The position numbers and the translations under genes were made by a program. From positions 1 to 57,632 of the forward strand of contig CAYUBK010000001.1 in NCBI GenBank assembly GCA_964442955.1: a DNA stretch of 57,632 nucleotides, given 5' to 3'. Below the pieces are notes generated by a model, which was given only the letters and a program-made list of their open reading frames with translations, made no database searches and was not told the DNA's origin. This DNA is from an uncultured Zetaproteobacteria bacterium (GTDB lineage: Bacteria > Pseudomonadota > Zetaproteobacteria > Mariprofundales > Mariprofundaceae). Positions 17,820 through 28,397 of the stretch are shown here, piece after piece; position 1 is the first letter of the stretch, and each line of letters opens with the position of its first letter.

Positions 17820-20423
17820 ATGGCAAAACAGTCGTCGAACAGCGCTCTCAAATCATCGCATACACCCATGATGCAGCAATATCTGAAGATAAAGTCCGAA
17901 TATGCGGACTGCCTGCTGTTTTATCGCATGGGTGATTTTTACGAGATGTTTTTCGAAGATGCTGTTGAAGCGTCAAAAATTCTCGATATCACCCTGACCA
18001 AGCGTGGAAAATCTGGCGGTGATGATATTCCCATGGCCGGCGTACCCTGGCATCAGGCCGAAACCTATCTGTCCAAGCTGGTTGCTGCTGGCAGACGGGT
18101 AGCGGTTTGCGATCAGATGGAAGCGCCCGACGGCTCAAAGGGGCCGGTGCGCCGCGAGGTGGTTCGGGTGGTCACTGCCGGCACGATTACCGAAGCGGAG
18201 CTGCTCGATCAGGCTCGTTCGGCAGCACTGGTGGCCTGTTACAGAACAGGCGAAAAATGGGGGCTGGCTGCCGTTGATTTATCCTGCGGGCACTGGCATT
18301 TACTGGAAGGGAACGGCGAAGTGCGGTTGCAGGAACAGCTGGCGATACTGTCACCGGCGGAGTTGTTATTAGCCAGCGGTGATGAGGCGCTAATCGATGC
18401 GCCTGTGACCCGATGCGGGGACTGGAGCTTTTCCGCTGCTGTGGCTCGCGAGCAATTGGAGCAACAATTCGGCGTGTCCGACTGGCAAGCGCTGAACCTG
18501 GATGGTCATCAGGAGGCGGCGGCGGCAGCCGGGGCAGTGCTGGTTTATCTGGGACAGACCCAGAAGTGTGCGCTGGCGCATTTGTCGTTACCTGTATTTA
18601 TCGAACAGGCAGAAGGCATGCGTATTGATCAGCGCAGCCGCCGGAATCTGGAGTTATACGCCTCGCTGGCAGGTGATCCGAAAGCAGGCATGATTGCAGT
18701 GCTGGGTGAAACCTGCACGCCGATGGGCGCGCGCAAGCTCAGAGCATGGATTGATCGCCCTTTGACCGATCTGGATCAGTTACGGGAAAGGCAGAATGCA
18801 GTGCAGAGTCTGTGCGATGATACGGATACACTGAGTGGGCTGCGCGCCGAACTCTCCGGCGTACGTGATATGGAGCGTATGCTTACCCGCATTGTGCTCG
18901 GGCGTGCCGCGCCGCGCGATTTTCGCGGCTTGGCCGAAGCGCTGCTGGCCTTGCCTGCTCTGTGTGAACTGTTGGGTGATCGTTCAGGCCTGTATGCCGG
19001 GATAAGCGCCGCAATTCAGGGGCTGGATACGCTGGCCGGGGAGTTGGAGCGCGCCATTGTAGAGATGCCACCGCAGACGTTTCGTGATGGTGGCGTCATT
19101 GCTGCTGGTTATGATGCTGAACTGGATCGCTTGCGCGGGCTTGCCAAAGATGCCGGTGACTGGTTGCGCGATTACGAGGCGCGCGAACGCGAACGTACCG
19201 GACTGGCCAATCTACGCGTGAAATATAATAAAGTGTTCGGCTATTTTATCGAAATTTCCAAAGCACAGGCCAAAGATGCACCGGTAGATTATGTGCGCAA
19301 ACAGACGCTGGTGAATGCCGAGCGTTTTATCACCGATGAATTGCACAGCTTTGAGTCGGAGATCCTTGGGGCGCGTGATGCCGCCATGGCGCGCGAAGAT
19401 GCGTTAATGGAAATGCTGCGCCAACAGGTGGCGACGCAGGCTGCACCTATCCAACAAGCAGCGCAGGCTGTAGCGGTTCTGGATGTGATCACCTGTTTTG
19501 CTTATCTGGCGCAAATGCATCGCTATAAACGCCCCGAGGTACATGGTGGTCGCGCCATGACAATCGTTGGCGGTCGCCATCCGGTGGTGGAGCGGCATTT
19601 GCCTGACGATGCGACATTTGTCGCCAATGATACCCATATGGATATGAAATCGCGCCGCTTTATGTTGTTGACCGGTCCCAATATGGGCGGCAAATCAACC
19701 TACATGAGGCAAGTAGCGTGGATTGTCTGGTTGGCCCATACCGGTTGCTTTGTGCCGGCGGAGCAGGCGCGCATTCCGCTGACCAAACGATTATTCACCC
19801 GCGTTGGCGCTGGCGATGAACTGGCCAGCGGTCGCTCCACATTCATGGTGGAAATGATGGAAACGGCGACCATTCTCAATCAGATGGAGCCACGCTCGCT
19901 GGTCATTATTGATGAAATCGGACGTGGTACCAGCACATGGGACGGCCTTGCCATTGCGTGGTCGGTAGCAGAATGTCTGATTGGAGCCAAAGATGTGCTT
20001 ACCCTGTTCGCCACCCATTATCACGAATTGACTGAGTTGCCGGATGAATATGACAGCGCATTTAATGCGTCCGTCACGGTGCGCGAATGGAATGGCTCGG
20101 TGATTTTTATGCACCAGGTTATCGAGGATGCAGCGGATCAGTCTTACGGCATTGCCGTGGCGCAATTGGCCGGGCTGCCGAGAAGCGTGGTCAAACGGGC
20201 GCGCGAACATTTGTTCCGGCTCGAACATGGTTCTGAACTGGCGGCGGAAACGGGTAAAGTGCAACTGGGCCTGTTTGCTGTGGCGGAAAAGCGCCAGCAA
20301 CAGGAAGAACTGGAGCGCTTAAGGCAACTGCATGATAAACTGGCGGAGGCGGATGTGGACGCGATGCGACCGCTGGATGCACTGACATTTCTTGATAGAC
20401 TAAAAAATGAGGTAGATGAGTAA
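17820..20423 (+). CDS. mutS: DNA mismatch repair protein MutS
   Basis: [49 protein letters not shown]. Confidence 0.98.
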   Translation: MAKQSSNSALKSSHTPMMQQYLKIKSEYADCLLFYRMGDFYEMFFEDAVEASKILDITLTKRGKSGGDDIPMAGVPWHQAETYLSKLVAAGRRVAVCDQMEAPDGSKGPVRREVVRVVTAGTITEAELLDQARSAALVACYRTGEKWGLAAVDLSCGHWHLLEGNGEVRLQEQLAILSPAELLLASGDEALIDAPVTRCGDWSFSAAVAREQLEQQFGVSDWQALNLDGHQEAAAAAGAVLVYLGQTQKCALAHLSLPVFIEQAEGMRIDQRSRRNLELYASLAGDPKAGMIAVLGETCTPMGARKLRAWIDRPLTDLDQLRERQNAVQSLCDDTDTLSGLRAELSGVRDMERMLTRIVLGRAAPRDFRGLAEALLALPALCELLGDRSGLYAGISAAIQGLDTLAGELERAIVEMPPQTFRDGGVIAAGYDAELDRLRGLAKDAGDWLRDYEARERERTGLANLRVKYNKVFGYFIEISKAQAKDAPVDYVRKQTLVNAERFITDELHSFESEILGARDAAMAREDALMEMLRQQVATQAAPIQQAAQAVAVLDVITCFAYLAQMHRYKRPEVHGGRAMTIVGGRHPVVERHLPDDATFVANDTHMDMKSRRFMLLTGPNMGGKSTYMRQVAWIVWLAHTGCFVPAEQARIPLTKRLFTRVGAGDELASGRSTFMVEMMETATILNQMEPRSLVIIDEIGRGTSTWDGLAIAWSVAECLIGAKDVLTLFATHYHELTELPDEYDSAFNASVTVREWNGSVIFMHQVIEDAADQSYGIAVAQLAGLPRSVVKRAREHLFRLEHGSELAAETGKVQLGLFAVAEKRQQQEELERLRQLHDKLAEADVDAMRPLDALTFLDRLKNEVDE

Positions 20424-20749
20424 TGAGAAAAAATACGAAAAAAACCGGCTTGTTGATTTGCGCTGCGACAGCCATGCTGGCCAGTTGCACATGGGTGAAG
20501 CCAACCGATGAAGCCTTGAATGTCCGAGTCGCCTACCTCAGCCAGGTTGATGCCTGCAATAAACTGGGCAGGGCGACTGTATCGGTGCTGGACAAGGTCA
20601 TGTTTGTTTCACGCAATGAGGAAGATATGGCCGATGAACTGGAAACGCTGGGGCGCAATGCAGCTGCTGAAATGAAAGGGGATACGATTGTCGCGATGAG
20701 CAAAATCGTTGATGGAGAACAGGTGTTTAATGTTTATCGTTGTAAATAA
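20423..20749 (+). CDS. DUF4156 family lipoprotein
   Basis: Lipobox LASC; CTWV...C...RNAAAEMKGDTIV...VYRC. Confidence 0.8.
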   Translation: MRKNTKKTGLLICAATAMLASCTWVKPTDEALNVRVAYLSQVDACNKLGRATVSVLDKVMFVSRNEEDMADELETLGRNAAAEMKGDTIVAMSKIVDGEQVFNVYRCK

Positions 20750-20751
20750 CG

Positions 20752-23307
20752 ATGGCTGATAAAGAAAAGCTGATACAACTATTCCTGGCCGTTTCCAAAG
20801 CCTTTGATGCGGGCAGGAATGGCACTCAGCTCTCCGCCTTGATGTGTCGAAACGTCGATGCCTTTTTGATTGGCTTATGGAAAGAAAAAGCGCCAATAGC
20901 GGCTGAGTGCGTGGATTTGGTGGCCGTAGGTGGTTATGGACGCGGCGAGTTGGCGCCGCATTCGGATTGGGATTTGTGGTTTCTGGTGCCGGAATCGTGT
21001 CCGCCCGAGGCCGAAGAAGACATGCAGGCATTCCTGCTTTCGTTGTGGGATATGAATGCGAAAATCGGCCATGCCGTACGCACGGTTAAAGAAACATTGA
21101 TCCACATTCAAGAAGACTGGTCTTCGGCGACAGCGGCAATGGAGTCACGCTTGCTGGTGGGTAATGGCGAAGCTTACGAACAGTTGCAGTCCAGACTACA
21201 TAAGTTTTTCAAGAAGAACCGCAAAGGGTTTGTCGAAGCCAAGCTGGCTGAATTGGCAAGCCGCTACGAACGCACCGGCGGCACAGCCTTTCTGATGGAG
21301 CCTGACATTAAGGAAAGCAAAGGCGGCTTGCGTGATGTACAGACGGTCTTCTGGTTGGCCAAAGCATGGTATGATAGCGATGATGTTGACGGATTGGTTG
21401 AAAAAGGTGCTATTTCGGCCAGAGAACGAGACCACCTGCTTGGCGCTCAGGATTTTCTCTGGCGATGCCGGGCAGGACTGCATCTGGAAGTGAAACGCGC
21501 CTCTGATCGATTGGGCTTTGAGCAGCAGGCCGTACTGGCGGAACGCATGCATTATCAGGTGATTGAGCATCGACCTGCAGTCGATGCATTCATGAAAGAA
21601 TACTTTCGCCATGTCGGCAGAATTTCGCGTATTACGGGTTTAATGCGCATGCACTTTAATGAACAACTGCATCCGCAGCGCTTTTCGCGTAAACGCAAGA
21701 TTGGTGACGGCTTCACCCTCGAAGGCCAATTGGTTGGCATCTGCCACGCCGACGTGTTCAAGGAAGAGCCCATAAGGTTGCTGCGCATCTTTCATGCTTC
21801 ACAGCAGGATCGTCGCCGACTTTCCAGTCAGGCCTTGCGCCAGATTCGAGCCGATGTATTGCTGATTGATGATAATTTCCGCAACAATCCCGAAGCACAC
21901 ACGGTTTTTCTGCTCATTTTGCGCAGCAATCGAAATGTACACTGGGCTTTGCGCGGCATGAATATTACCGGCGTACTGGGTCGTTTTATTCCTGAATTTC
22001 GTGATGTGGTTGGGTTGGGACAGTTCAACCGGTATCATGCCTATACCGTCGATGAGCATACCCTGCGAGCCGTTGGCGAAGCGCGTAATTTCTGGCACCG
22101 GGATCGCGAAATGCGGCTACCGCTGGCGCATGAAGTGTGCCTTAAGATCAAACGGCCCGAATTGCTTTATCTGGCTCTTATTTTTCATGATATTGCCAAA
22201 GGTATGGATGGCGATCATTCGGAAAACGGCGCAGTCATTGCGCGCAATTTTTGTCATCGCATCGGCCTTAATCGCGATGCAACCGATTTGATCGAATGGC
22301 TGGTGCGCGAGCACTTGGTGATGGCGGTTAAAAGCCAGCGTTTTGACTTATCCGATCCGGAAGTCATCAGCGCGTTTGCATTACGCGTAGGCGACCTTGA
22401 GCGGTTAAAATACCTGCTGTTGCTGACTGTGGCGGATATTGCGGCGGTTGGCCCAAATGTATGGAATGACTGGAAGGGCACATTGCTGCGCGAGATTTTC
22501 CATGCTACCGCCCAGTGCCTGCTGGGTGAACAGGCAGGCGGTGAGGCGGCAGAACAGCGATATCGTACGCGGCTGGAAACCGTGCTGGAAAAAGCCGAAG
22601 GCGATTACCCTACATTGCAAGCGACGCTGAAGCTGTTACCCAGGCAATGCGTGATGCATTTTGCGCCGAGGCAATTACGCCGGATTACGCAGTTATTGAT
22701 GAATAATCCTGATGATGCCGTGATGTTGTGGGTGGATCCGGAGCGGGCTGAAACGCTGGCATGCGTGATTGCGCGCGGGCGCCCCGGCCTGTTTGCAGCT
22801 TTGGCGGCCACATTGACTTCTGGCAATGCCAGTATTGTGGCGGCGCAGGCATATCAATTGGTAGATAAGCGTATATTGGACGTATTTCACTTACAGGGTG
22901 TCGATGGCGCACCATTTGATATCGACTCTGATCTTGAGCGGATGGAATCACGCATCTGCCATATTTTGAAACAGGATGAGATTGAAACGATATCTGTGGA
23001 GAAAGCATTCAAGGTGAATGTGCTGATGCAGCGCGTCCCTGTACGCGTACGCGAATTGCCCAAAGCATCATTTCGGGAGACTGCCATCGAAGTGTCAGCG
23101 GCAAATCAGCCAAGGTTGTTGGCCAGGCTGGCCGATGTGATCAGCACAGAAGGCTATATGTTGCACGGCGCATCGGTATCGACATTTGGCGAGCGGGCTG
23201 TGGATGTATTTTTTATTGAAGGTAAGCAATCCGGACAGCTTTCGACGGAACAGGTAATCGCGTTATGTGAAATGCTGAAGGATGTAGCAACTCTGCCGGA
23301 GCAGTAA
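20752..23307 (+). CDS. glnD: [protein-PII] uridylyltransferase/uridylyl-removing enzyme
   Basis: GGYGRGELAPHSDWDL, EPDIKESKGGLRD, YTVDEHT, FHDIAKG, two C-terminal ACT domains. Confidence 0.96.
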   Translation: MADKEKLIQLFLAVSKAFDAGRNGTQLSALMCRNVDAFLIGLWKEKAPIAAECVDLVAVGGYGRGELAPHSDWDLWFLVPESCPPEAEEDMQAFLLSLWDMNAKIGHAVRTVKETLIHIQEDWSSATAAMESRLLVGNGEAYEQLQSRLHKFFKKNRKGFVEAKLAELASRYERTGGTAFLMEPDIKESKGGLRDVQTVFWLAKAWYDSDDVDGLVEKGAISARERDHLLGAQDFLWRCRAGLHLEVKRASDRLGFEQQAVLAERMHYQVIEHRPAVDAFMKEYFRHVGRISRITGLMRMHFNEQLHPQRFSRKRKIGDGFTLEGQLVGICHADVFKEEPIRLLRIFHASQQDRRRLSSQALRQIRADVLLIDDNFRNNPEAHTVFLLILRSNRNVHWALRGMNITGVLGRFIPEFRDVVGLGQFNRYHAYTVDEHTLRAVGEARNFWHRDREMRLPLAHEVCLKIKRPELLYLALIFHDIAKGMDGDHSENGAVIARNFCHRIGLNRDATDLIEWLVREHLVMAVKSQRFDLSDPEVISAFALRVGDLERLKYLLLLTVADIAAVGPNVWNDWKGTLLREIFHATAQCLLGEQAGGEAAEQRYRTRLETVLEKAEGDYPTLQATLKLLPRQCVMHFAPRQLRRITQLLMNNPDDAVMLWVDPERAETLACVIARGRPGLFAALAATLTSGNASIVAAQAYQLVDKRILDVFHLQGVDGAPFDIDSDLERMESRICHILKQDEIETISVEKAFKVNVLMQRVPVRVRELPKASFRETAIEVSAANQPRLLARLADVISTEGYMLHGASVSTFGERAVDVFFIEGKQSGQLSTEQVIALCEMLKDVATLPEQ

Positions 23308-23323
23308 GACAAGAGAGGTTTCC

Positions 23324-24244
23324 ATGAATTTACTGGAGCGCATTTTTGAGGCCCGCAAACAGAAGAAGGAAGGTTTCGTGCTGGCCCTGGGTGGTGGCGG
23401 CGGTCGCGGATTATCGCATTTGGGCGTGCTGGATGTGCTGGAAGAGCATCATCTGAAACCCGATGCCATTGTCGGCAGTAGTATTGGCGCATTGTTCGGA
23501 GCCATGTATGCCATGAACCCGAATGCCAAAGCAGTCATTGAGCATGCTTGCAGCATTCTGAAATCGGAAGAGTTTTCCAAACTGGATCTGCCCGCGCTGG
23601 AAGGTGACAATGGAGAGGATCAGAGTTGGTTGTCCAGGCTGAGTGCGGCGGCCAAACAAACGCTGCTCTATACCAAAGCAGCGACTGAACGCTCTCTGGC
23701 CGATACCGATGCGCTGGTGGATATTGCTTTTACTTTTTGCGGCGGCGAATCATTTCATGATACCAAAATCCCCTTGTATGTGACGGGGGTGGAGTTTCCG
23801 GGTGGCGATTGCTATTTGTTTTCAGTCGATTCAAATGTAAAATTACCCTGTGCTGTGGCTGCAAGCATGGCGATTCCCGGCGTGTTCGAGCCACTCGTTA
23901 TCGACGGTCAAAAGTATGTGGATGGCGGCGTGGCATCCGATTTGCCGGCCAAAGAAGCCCAAATGGTCGCCAATGCAGATCAATTGGTGCTGGCTGTCAA
24001 TGTAGGAGCCAGGCCGCGTGAAGATGCGGAACCGGTTAATGTGTACGGCATGCGGGACTGGGCGGCGCAAATTCAGGCGCTGTATTTGCGCAAATATAAC
24101 AAGACGTTTTCCGATGTGCTGATCGAACCACTGGTTGGTTTTACGCAGTGGCAGGATTTTTCCAATGTGGAGCAGGAAATTGAAAAGGGCAGGCAGGCCG
24201 CGCTGGAAAAAATGCCGGAGTTGATTGAAAAACTGAATCGCTGA
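23324..24244 (+). CDS. Patatin-like phospholipase
   Basis: GGGGGRG, GSSIG, DGG motifs. Confidence 0.92.
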   Translation: MNLLERIFEARKQKKEGFVLALGGGGGRGLSHLGVLDVLEEHHLKPDAIVGSSIGALFGAMYAMNPNAKAVIEHACSILKSEEFSKLDLPALEGDNGEDQSWLSRLSAAAKQTLLYTKAATERSLADTDALVDIAFTFCGGESFHDTKIPLYVTGVEFPGGDCYLFSVDSNVKLPCAVAASMAIPGVFEPLVIDGQKYVDGGVASDLPAKEAQMVANADQLVLAVNVGARPREDAEPVNVYGMRDWAAQIQALYLRKYNKTFSDVLIEPLVGFTQWQDFSNVEQEIEKGRQAALEKMPELIEKLNR

Positions 24245-24294
24245 ATAAACTCAAAAGCAGTTTTGTACGCCAAGGAAAGTAAGGGGAGAAAACC

Positions 24295-24978
24295 ATGGAG
24301 CGAATGGATCGCGCCGTTATTTTAGCGGCTGGTATGGGGACAAGGTTGAAATGGATGACCAATCATCGGCCCAAGGCATTGGTGCGGGTGGCGGGCAAAC
24401 CGGCCATTGCGCATGTGATTCGGCGGCTGGTTGGGCAGGGTATTCGTGAAATTGCTGTCAATGCGTTTCATCATGCCGATCAACTGGCTGATTATCTGGG
24501 CGACGGGGCGAAATTTGGCTGTCATATTTGCATCAGCCATGAAGATGCATTACTGGACTCCGGCGGCGGTGTAAAAAAGGCATTGTCCTTATTGCCGGGT
24601 GCGGGGCCTGTCGCTGTCTACAATTGTGATGTACTGGCCGACATTGATGTGTCCCGACTGGCGCAGATGACGCCTGCCGGCGGTTGCAGCATCGCACTGG
24701 TGGATAACCCCAAACATCATCTTCAGGGCGATTTCATTTTACATGGTGCTGATGTATCCATGAGCGGCTATGACCGATTCACCTTTGCCGGCGTTTCTAT
24801 CTGGGACAGCACCGTGTTTGAGCAATATGAAACGGATGAGGTCTTCTCACTGGCGCGCAGCATTCGCGAAGCGATTGCCAAAGGCGCATGCAAGGGACTG
24901 GCGCATCACGGCTACTGGTTCGATATTGGCAGGCCGGGTAATTTGATGCGCGCCAACCGGATGTCAGGTATTCGATAA
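24295..24978 (+). CDS. Nucleotidyltransferase, MurU-like (MurNAc-alpha-1-P uridylyltransferase family)
   Basis: [10 protein letters not shown]...[26 protein letters not shown]. Confidence 0.75.
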   Translation: MERMDRAVILAAGMGTRLKWMTNHRPKALVRVAGKPAIAHVIRRLVGQGIREIAVNAFHHADQLADYLGDGAKFGCHICISHEDALLDSGGGVKKALSLLPGAGPVAVYNCDVLADIDVSRLAQMTPAGGCSIALVDNPKHHLQGDFILHGADVSMSGYDRFTFAGVSIWDSTVFEQYETDEVFSLARSIREAIAKGACKGLAHHGYWFDIGRPGNLMRANRMSGIR

Positions 24979-25436
24979 TGCGAATCTGGATTGATGCCGA
25001 TGCCTGTCCGAAGGTGATTAAAGATATGTTGTTTCGCGCAGCGGAACGTGTCCAGGTTGGCTTGACGCTGGTTGCCAACACAAAAATCCAGCATCCCAAA
25101 TCCTCATATATTGATGCAGTGGTTGTGGCTGCCGGCGCTGATGTGGCCGATGCCTACATCATCGAGCATGCCAAGCCGGGCGATTTGGCCATTACTGCCG
25201 ATATTCCACTGGCTGCGGGAATGATTGAGAAGGGCGGTTTTGCATTGAATCCGAGAGGCGAGATGTATACCTCGGACAATATTCGAGGGGCGCTGAGTGT
25301 ACGCAACTTTATGGATAATCTGCGCGGTGAAGGCGTGGTGACGGGCGGCCCCGCCGCATTCAGTCACACTGATCGTCAACGCTTTGCCAACCAGCTGGAC
25401 AGTTTTCTGGCCAGACATGTGAAGGCCGCCTCATGA
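24978..25436 (+). CDS. YaiI/YqxD family protein
   Basis: [22 protein letters not shown]. Confidence 0.92.
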   Translation: MRIWIDADACPKVIKDMLFRAAERVQVGLTLVANTKIQHPKSSYIDAVVVAAGADVADAYIIEHAKPGDLAITADIPLAAGMIEKGGFALNPRGEMYTSDNIRGALSVRNFMDNLRGEGVVTGGPAAFSHTDRQRFANQLDSFLARHVKAAS

Positions 25437-25858
25437 TCTTGCACCCCCAACTGGAGCAGGACTGCTTTATCGTCGGGCAATTCCCGCTGTCGGCGCTGCT
25501 GCTGCTCAATGATAGCCAATACCCGTGGTTTATTCTGGTGCCACAGCGCGAAGACGTGAGCGAAATTCATCAGTTATCCGCATCCGACCAGCAACAACTG
25601 ATGCGGGAGTCTTCCCTGCTAGCGGCCTGTATCGAAAAAGAATTTAAGGCCGATAAAATCAATATCGCTGCGCTCGGCAATATGGTGCCGCAGTTACATA
25701 TCCACCATATTGTGCGCTACAAAAATGACCCTGCCTGGCCGGCGCCTGTATGGGGCAAAGCGACAGCCGTCCCTTATAGTGGACACCTTGCAGCATCATT
25801 ATGCACTAACATGTACAGGCTGCTTGCCGATAGCGGCATATTTCAACCGGACAAATGA
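25433..25858 (+). CDS. HIT family protein
   Basis: [12 protein letters not shown] and [10 protein letters not shown]. Confidence 0.92.
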   Translation: MILHPQLEQDCFIVGQFPLSALLLLNDSQYPWFILVPQREDVSEIHQLSASDQQQLMRESSLLAACIEKEFKADKINIAALGNMVPQLHIHHIVRYKNDPAWPAPVWGKATAVPYSGHLAASLCTNMYRLLADSGIFQPDK

Positions 25859-26023
25859 CCCACCCCACCTTCTCTTTCACATAATTTTTCAATGGCCTTG
25901 ATCGCTCAAGTGCACGACTGAAAGGCCGATACACACGGTTCAAATGGCATGAACCTTGCGGGTGAGATGCCTCTATCCGTGAGTTGCTGTTTCAATACGC
26001 CCCATGGATGGCGGGGAGTGAAT

Positions 26024-26635
26024 GTGAAGAAAATAGATTTGACGGCAGAGAATGTGTTTGAGGCGGCACTATGGCAGTTTCGATGGGCTGTGGTGATTGG
26101 CGTTGTCGCCAGCGCATTGACTGCATTGGTGATGTTTTATGTCGCAGCTGTGGACACCTTTTATGTGGTCAAGGATTACATCGGTTATATCGATATCACT
26201 GATTCGGAACTGCGAAATAATTTCAGGGCCGATGCGATCAGTCATGTCGTCGAAATTATTGACGGGTTTCTGCTGGCCATTGTATTGCTGATCTTTGCTT
26301 ACGGTATTTATGAGCTTTATATCTCACGCATCGAGGTAGCCAAAGGCAGCGAAGCCGAGGCGCATTTTCTCAGAATCGAAAGTCTGGATTCGCTCAAGTC
26401 TCGCGTCGGAAAAGTGATTCTGATGATACTTATCGTGAAGTTTTTTGAAGTGTCGCTTGCGATGGATTATGCATCGGTTAAGGAGATCATGATTTTTGCA
26501 GTGGCCATTGCGCTGATTTCTGTGTCGTTCTTTCTGGCTGAAACCGCTGCCAGAAAGGGAAAAACGTTACATACCAGACGAGAGGATTTTGAGCAGATGC
26601 GACATCAATCGCAGTCAGACTGCGCGGCTGAGTAG
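26024..26635 (+). CDS. YqhA/UPF0114 membrane protein (paralog 1)
   Basis: IDGFLLAIVLLIFAYGIYELYIS...SLDSLKSR; GTG start with GGGGAG SD. Confidence 0.85.
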   Translation: MKKIDLTAENVFEAALWQFRWAVVIGVVASALTALVMFYVAAVDTFYVVKDYIGYIDITDSELRNNFRADAISHVVEIIDGFLLAIVLLIFAYGIYELYISRIEVAKGSEAEAHFLRIESLDSLKSRVGKVILMILIVKFFEVSLAMDYASVKEIMIFAVAIALISVSFFLAETAARKGKTLHTRREDFEQMRHQSQSDCAAE

Positions 26636-26641
26636 GTAGTC

Positions 26642-27223
26642 ATGAAAGAATTTATACTTACCATGGAACATATTTTTGAAACCACGCTATGGCAGGCGCG
26701 CTGGGCTGTGTTGCCAGCGGTATTTTGTAGCGGTATCGCATCGATGATGATCTTTTATATTACCGCGCTGGATGCGTATCATGTAATGGCCATGTTGACG
26801 AACTATGCCTTTATCGATGATGCAACAGCGCGAGAAGCGCTGCGCGCCGATGCTGTTGGTCATATTGTTCAAGTGGTGGACGGCTTCCTGCTGGCCATTG
26901 TATTGATGATTTTCACCTTTGGTATTTACGAACTGTATGTCAGCAAGATTGATGTCGCCTATGGAGCTGAGTCTGCGCAACACATGCTTTCCATCACCAG
27001 TCTGGACGATTTAAAAAGCCGTTTAGGCAAAGTGATTTTAATGGTCATGATTGTGAAATTTTTTGAACTGGCGATTGCTATGGAGTATTCGGATGTATGG
27101 GATTTGATTTATTTTGCCGTGGGCATCCTGCTCATTTCACTTTCCCTTTTTGTCACCGAAGCCATGCTTAAATCCGGCGGGTCGGTCAAGCCATGGGATG
27201 GCGTGGATCGTCGAACGGAATGA
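26642..27223 (+). CDS. YqhA/UPF0114 membrane protein (paralog 2)
   Basis: VDGFLLAIVLMIFTFGIYELYVS...SLDDLKSRL. Confidence 0.87.
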   Translation: MKEFILTMEHIFETTLWQARWAVLPAVFCSGIASMMIFYITALDAYHVMAMLTNYAFIDDATAREALRADAVGHIVQVVDGFLLAIVLMIFTFGIYELYVSKIDVAYGAESAQHMLSITSLDDLKSRLGKVILMVMIVKFFELAIAMEYSDVWDLIYFAVGILLISLSLFVTEAMLKSGGSVKPWDGVDRRTE

Positions 27224-27229
27224 CTGACT

Positions 27230-28309
27230 TCAGTTCTGTTGAACCATGACCGGAATATCGATTTTACGGCTGTTCAAGATGCTGATTTTGCGAGCCACTT
27301 CTCCGGCCAGCGCCTGATAAACCTGAGCTTGTTCAGAATCGGGTGCAGCAGCCACAATCGGTGTACCCTCATCCGCTTTTTCACGAATCGCGATATCCAG
27401 CGGAATATGCGCCAATACCTTGGTGTTGTACTCGCCGCTTAATCGTTCAGCGCCGCCCTCGGCAAAAATCGGACTGGATTCACCGCAATGCGGGCAGATG
27501 AACTGGCTCATATTTTCGGCAATGCCGATTGTGGGTACGTTCGCTTTTTTGAACATCTCGATGCCTTTGCGGCAATCCAGCAGCGCAATATCCTGCGGCG
27601 TGGTCACCAGCACAGCGCCGGTCACCGGCACTTTCTGGGTCAACGTCAGTTGCACATCGCCCGTGCCCGGTGGCATATCGACAAATAAATAATCCAGTTC
27701 GCCCCACACCACATCGGTCAATAATTGCGATAGCGCACCGGATACCATGGGCCCACGCCATATCATGGCCTGATTTTCCTCGACCAGATAACCGATGGAA
27801 ATCGTTTTGACGCCGTAGTTTTCCAGCGGATAAAAGGTTTTATTATCATAATCAATTTCCGGTTTATAGCCCGCAAGCCCCATCATGCGCGGAACCGAAG
27901 GGCCGTAAATATCGGCATCAAGCAGGCCGACGCGCGCGCCGGTCTGAGCCATGGCCACGGCCAGATTCACCGCCGTAGTAGATTTTCCGACGCCGCCCTT
28001 GCCCGATGCCACGGCGATAATATTGGCCACGCCGGGAATGGCTTGCTTGCTTTGGGACGGGGTCACTTTGGAGCTCATGGTGATATCGACTTCAGTTACT
28101 CCGTGTAATGCCGAAACAAGTTCATCGGCCTGCCGGCGGAATTCCTCTTTGACCGGGCAGGCCGGCGTGGTTAATTCAATCGTGAAGGCGACCTTGCCGC
28201 CTTCAATGCTGAGGTTTTTTACAAAACCGAGCGATACGATATCTTTGTTGAAATCGGGATCGATAATGGTGGACAGCGCTTTGAGAATATCAGCTTCAGC
28301 AATGGGCAC
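27230..28309 (-). CDS. apbC: Mrp/ApbC iron-sulfur cluster carrier ATPase
   Basis: SGKGGVGKST, DADIYGPS, WRGPM, DMPPGTGD, CPHC; N-terminal DUF59-like LTTPACP. Confidence 0.95.
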   Translation of the reverse strand: MPIAEADILKALSTIIDPDFNKDIVSLGFVKNLSIEGGKVAFTIELTTPACPVKEEFRRQADELVSALHGVTEVDITMSSKVTPSQSKQAIPGVANIIAVASGKGGVGKSTTAVNLAVAMAQTGARVGLLDADIYGPSVPRMMGLAGYKPEIDYDNKTFYPLENYGVKTISIGYLVEENQAMIWRGPMVSGALSQLLTDVVWGELDYLFVDMPPGTGDVQLTLTQKVPVTGAVLVTTPQDIALLDCRKGIEMFKKANVPTIGIAENMSQFICPHCGESSPIFAEGGAERLSGEYNTKVLAHIPLDIAIREKADEGTPIVAAAPDSEQAQVYQALAGEVARKISILNSRKIDIPVMVQQN

Positions 28310-28332
28310 GGGGAACCTCCGGGAGATCCGGC

Positions 28333-28361
28333 ATCGTGCTAATCCCTAGTAAAAGTGTCAA
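28333..28361 (-). promoter_or_regulatory. Putative sigma70 promoter of apbC
   Basis: Minus strand TTGACA-N17-CACGAT, then GGAGG SD before GTG. Confidence 0.55.
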
Positions 28362-28397
28362 GTTTTGCGCTTTGAATGTCAGCCGCTGAGCGTGCTG

